A stretch of DNA of 13,182 nucleotides from Phoronis australis (lineage: Eukaryota > Animalia > Phoronida): NCBI GenBank assembly GCA_002633005.1. It is one part of the record NMRA01000713.1 of this genome. One strand, given 5' to 3'. Shown piece by piece: positions 9,059 through 13,182 of the stretch (its first letter is position 1; the number at the start of each line of letters is the position of its first letter). The notes beneath the pieces were generated by a model that was not told the DNA's origin, did not search any database, and worked only from the letters and a program-made list of their open reading frames with translations. The position numbers and the translations under genes were made by a program.

Positions 9059-9718
9059 CGATTGGAATTCCAAATTAATTTTGGATGCAGATCTCTAGTG
9101 CCTACTTGTTAACAAAATTTGAGGAGTCTATCTAAAAAACTGTAAAAGAAGCATTTTGACAAAATGCACTCCTTGTCCTGTTTCCGGTCACCCTAGTGCA
9201 TTTTGGGTCAAAAATGTAATCGATATAAATCCCTTACTATCGTATAAATCACAGTGAATATTATCGTTCTATTTGAACGAATGTAATAGTAATCACAATA
9301 CGAAAAGGAAAGAATAATAATAAGTAGAACGCAATTACGTATGCGCACTTACAACTCTGCGCGTGGTGGATGCAGGTGCATAGTGAAGCATAGGCGCATT
9401 ACATTGCATAGAAGTTGAATCCTTTCTGTGAAAGAGAGAGATGAACCTGCTAACTATGAAAGAGCAAGAGAGAAAAGTAAGAAGATCAACGGAAAACTGC
9501 TCCAAATGACCCCATAGTTGTACCTAAGGACCCCGAAGTTTATGACTGAATTTCCTTAACGAATGAAAAGTATATACGTGATTATGTGAGCTCTAGCTCA
9601 AAAATCACTTTTGAACTGAATGACCTTTGACCCGGAAACTCGGTTCCCTTTATTCGATTTAAATACCACGTAAATTTTGGGTGCACTTCTCTAGTATCTG
9701 CTTGTTATCAAATTTCGG

Positions 9719-11236
9719 AAAGTGGTTAATCTGATCAATATCAAGTTCGTTAATCGCAGTCTTAAGCTCATTTAGAGCACCAACAAAATTGGTTCCTTGG
9801 TCGGAACGCAAACGTCGAACTGGGCCTCTCAACGCCGAAAAACGTCTAAATGCATTGATGAAGCAACCAGTAGTAAAATCATTGCATAGCTCAATATGGA
9901 TAGCTTTCGACGACATACATACGAAAACACAAGCCCAACGTTTAACTGACTTACGACCACTCTTAACATACCAAGGACCAAAATAATCAACTCCATAATA
10001 TGAAAAAGGTGGCGAGGACTCTAATCTCTCCTCGGGCAAATCAGCCATCTTCTGTACGCAAGTGGTAGATCTGAGCTTTCTGCAAGTAACGCAATTATGT
10101 ATAAAGTGTGAAACAGCAGCATTACAACCAATAATCCAATAGCCGTTGGATTGTATTTCATTAGTAGTTAAACCACGACCTTGGTGCTGAACTTGTTCAT
10201 GAAACTGTTTAATAAGCAATTGGGTAACATGATGCTTACGTGGCAAAATAACAGGATGCTTGAACTCACGTGACATCTTGGCACGTTTAATTCGACTACC
10301 TACGCGCAGAACGCCATCTGCATCTAAGAATGGGTTCAACGGAAGTAGTGGGCTAGATCTCTTTAACGCTCGGTCAGTAGAGCTTAGAAGAGTAGAAATA
10401 TTTGCTTCAAAAGCATTTCTCTGGACCGCTTTGATAATTTCAACTTCGGCCGTTTGAAGATCTTGCACTGTAATAGACATGTCAACATTAGCATTACTCG
10501 AGCGACTTCTTAGTCTAGACTTGAGATTCATACAATTGGCAATAGCTCTTCTGGCTCTGAACCAATCAGAAAACCCTTCTAATCGATAGGACTCAAGAAA
10601 CTGCGGGAACTGTGCGTCCTGAGTCGCTAGTGATTTCACTCGTTTAACTTCGGGGTCATGGTCAGAGAGAAGCACATCTGAAATGTCAAAATCGTGCGAG
10701 AGAAAGTCATCATTCCATAAAAACTAGGACCTGAAAACCATTCAGAACGACCAACAAAATTACTGGAATCGAATATACCCCTTGAAGCCAAATCGGCCTG
10801 GTTTTCGGCTGTGCTTACGTGTCTCCATTGAGAGGGATCACTGTGTTGCCGTATTTGCTGGACACGATTGGCAACAAATACTTTGAACCGTTTGGCGTCG
10901 TTCTGGATGTAACCAAGTGTAATCTGACTATCTGTCCAGAAAAATTCCTTGATGTCGTCGTACTCTAGTTCTTTCACTAGAATAGAACTGATCTTAACAG
11001 CAAATACAGCGGCTGTCAATTCAAGTCTGGGTACCATAACTGGTCGTAAAGGCACATGACAGCTCTACTTTTGGCCATAACTAAGGCACAATGAATTTCA
11101 TCTTTAGAATTGTTCAGACGGAGGTAGGAACATTTCCCATAGCCAACATTACAAGCATCAGATAAACTATGTAATTGTACTCACAAAATGTCACCAAAAG
11201 CCTGTGGTTTATAACAACTTTCGATTTTCAAACTCT
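9719..11236 (-). mobile_element. BEL/Pao LTR retrotransposon fragment (RNase H to integrase core), truncated at both ends
   Basis: QLHSLSDACNVGYG...SYLR...HCALVMAKSR, VPRLELTAA, FWTDSQI, FVANRV, QWRHV...NQADLASRG, LNPFLDADGVLRVG, HPVILP, HEQVQHQG...YWI...CVTCRK, GVDYFGP, LRSDQGTNFVG. Similarity stops at INHF (~9719), before the catalytic E. One stop and at least two frameshifts. Confidence 0.95.
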
Positions 11237-11246
11237 TTTTTTCGGA

Positions 11247-11266
11247 TCACGTGACTTTTTCCCGCC
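11247..11266 (+). promoter_or_regulatory. Candidate internal promoter of the LINE 5' UTR: E-box plus E2F site
   Basis: TCACGTGAC (11247-11255) directly followed by TTTCCCGC (11258-11265), at the start of the element ~80 bp upstream of the ORF1 ATG. Confidence 0.4.
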
Positions 11267-11335
11267 AGATGTGAATTTGAATTTCTGAAAATTTTCCACC
11301 TAATTTTGACGAGAAACAAGGCATAATATCAAACC

Positions 11336-12125
11336 ATGAACGACGAAAACAGAAAAAGGAACGCCAGCACCGAAAGCACTGCTCTAAATGTGATTTCTAA
11401 GAAGATGACGCAAACTACACTGGATTTTAGAAGTATTACCCCAGTCCGTAAGGCAGATCGCAGTACATGTGAAAGTGATCCTGAAATCCTGAGGTTTCAA
11501 AAGGCACTTACATCGCCAGACGTGATCAAAACTTTCAGAGAGCAACTAATAGATCCTGCCCTAAACGAGATTAAGAGCTTCTATGAATCCAAACTAAAGG
11601 AAAAGGACGACCAGATTCATGACCTCAAAGTGCAAGTGAGTGACCTTCAAAATAGTGTGGACAGTCTCGAGCAATATTCTCGTCGAAATAACATAGTAAT
11701 CCACGGGAATCAACGAGCCAGGTAACGAACGCATAGGGGACACAGATAAAGCTGTTATTGATCTCGGCAAGATGCTTAATATCGACATTAGTTACGAAGA
11801 CATAAGTAGATCCCATAGACTAGGACCCAAGAAACCCAATCAGTCAAGGCCAATCATATGCAAATTCATAGCTTACAACACCCGTGCGATGTTTCTCCAC
11901 CATAAAAGTAAACTCAGACCCCAGGACAGACCACTGTACATTAACGAAAATTTGACCAAAAGAAGATCCAGTCTATTTGCTCGATGTCGGCGCCTCGTGA
12001 AGTCACACACAATAAACAGAACCTGGACCCATGATGGAAACATTTTGATTCAACTGAAAGACAACAAAATCAAGCAAATCTCTTCCGAGACAGACTTACT
12101 TGTGCTCGAAAACTGTGAATTATAG
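11336..12125 (+). pseudogene. LINE ORF1p-like protein (coiled coil, RRM, CTD; Transposase_22/L1TD1-like), single 1-nt frameshift
   Basis: aaccATG start; heptad coiled coil KLKEKDDQIHDLKVQVSDLQNSVDSLEQYSRRNNIVIHG; one extra base at ~11705-11708; then INEPGNE...DISRSHRLG...RPIICKF...LYINENLTKRR...WTHDGNI; TAG 12123-12125. Confidence 0.88.
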
Positions 12126-12346
12126 TCTGTACTCCGCATCAATTGGCAAGTATGATTTGAAGAACGCAACACAAATTATTCAATGTAAAATATGGCGTAC
12201 CCCCTTAGTCAACTCTCGCCATGTTTGTTTACTCTGTTCTGGCGCAGCCCTAGTCTTTTTCACTCCGATTCTGCTCCTACAGGCCACCCATTAATAAACA
12301 AATTCTCGTCTTTAACCCAATCATCCGTTTACAGGTGCAGTGCTTA

Positions 12347-12656
12347 TAATGAAAGGGTTACATAACTAAGACGTGCCGTCATAGTGACTATTACCTTCAA
12401 TCACACTATTATTTTCTGACTCCTAATTTACCCCAAATCCAAGTTTAGAGAAATTGCTTCATTGTGGTTACCAAAAGGCCAGTGCATACTCTCTTGGTAC
12501 ATGTTAACATAAATTTAGAGCCTAGTAGAAGTGACAACGTGCCGATGTATGCTTACAAGTCGTTCTGTAAAAACATCTGTGACCCAATAACATAATAATG
12601 TGTGGTCAAACAAAGCCAAACTTAGCTCTTGCCTATAAATATTGATTTTTATATTG
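12347..12656 (+). repeat. 310-bp segment, copy 2
   Basis: Matches 7976-8285 with two substitutions. Confidence 0.95.
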
Positions 12657-12901
12657 GCATGACAACTTTTGGCCCACGGGTAAACTCTGTGCAGCAAAAA
12701 GTACAACTCGCTTGAATTTTGATTTTGCAAGTGATAATGTACTTTAAATGCTCTTCTGGGTCAATTAGCTACACTAAGCCTACCAGAACATCTTTTACAT
12801 GTATCTTAGTAATGAATATTTTTTTTAAGTATTTCACGTCTCACATGTGTCATGATTATGAAACTACACTGAACTTGACAACTGTAGTTGTGTCATTCAG
12901 A

Positions 12902-12921
12902 TACATGTACATGTACATGTA
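12902..12921. repeat. (TACATG)n palindromic microsatellite
   Basis: TACATGTACATGTACATGTA, a perfect 20-bp palindrome. Confidence 0.85.
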
Positions 12922-13182
12922 TGTTACCTCAATGATTCATTTTCATCTACAGATCAAGACTTCCATCAAGTGTGAATCAGTTCAGGAGTTAACTTTGCTT
13001 TTTAAGTTGTATCAGTTTTTATCACCATTAACGTTCAAGCTAAAAACGGCCAAACGAGTATCGCATTGTCTCAGAGCTCTATTTGACTCGGGCAGCGTCA
13101 TGTGTAATAAGACAACTTAATTGGCAATATATTTTCAACCCAAAGTACAGCATTAATGTTCTACATATGTACAAATTGTTTA

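Larger units (their letters stand above)
8503..9693 (-). mobile_element. Academ-like DNA transposon, internally deleted
   Basis: Minus-strand terminus TAGAGAAGTGCACCCAAAA at 9693 (Academ TIRs begin with TAG), followed by coding remnants in the same orientation: 8921-9058 and 8503-8780. Confidence 0.7.
11237..12300 (+). mobile_element. 5' portion of a non-LTR retrotransposon (CR1/L2-group or L1-like), ORF2 absent
   Basis: About 100 bp 5' UTR, ORF1 of L1-ORF1p type, then non-coding sequence with AATAAA at 12293-12298; no endonuclease or RT motifs follow. Right boundary approximate. Confidence 0.75.

Noticed and set aside
7976-12656. The 310-bp pair as LTRs of the BEL element
   Set aside because: No TG...CA ends, PBS or PPT, and the enclosed region holds three unrelated elements.
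1-13182. CRISPR array, rRNA/tRNA genes or prokaryotic operon/defence system
   Set aside because: No regularly spaced short repeats or structural RNA signatures seen; all recognisable content is eukaryotic TE-derived.

Overview
Eukaryotic, probably marine-invertebrate, scaffold made almost entirely of decayed mobile elements, with no recognisable host gene. From left to right: (1) possible end of a TTAA-type non-autonomous DNA transposon; (2) a frameshifted protein-primed family-B DNA polymerase of a Polinton/Maverick (adintovirus-like) element on the minus strand (~632-3321), with a Vsr-like nuclease domain inserted between polymerase motifs A and B; (3) a 5'-deleted Ty3/Gypsy LTR retrotransposon on the plus strand (gag end, PR, RT, RH, INT, PPT, ~136-bp 3' LTR; 3322-7625); (4) a short PC4/Sub1-like ORF fragment ending in an NLS-like basic tail, probably also Polinton-derived; (5) a 217-N gap; (6) an internally deleted Academ-like DNA transposon (TAG-starting terminus, Cys-rich C-terminus); (7) a BEL/Pao RNase H-integrase fragment; (8) the 5' part of a LINE with a nearly intact ORF1 and no ORF2. 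Two near-identical duplications (396 bp around a single N; 310 bp next to the gap) look like haplotype-assembly artefacts. The best candidate for under-described biology is the Polinton module (pPolB with embedded Vsr-like nuclease plus a PC4-like putative ssDNA-binding protein). All family assignments rest on motif recognition by eye, not on database searches.
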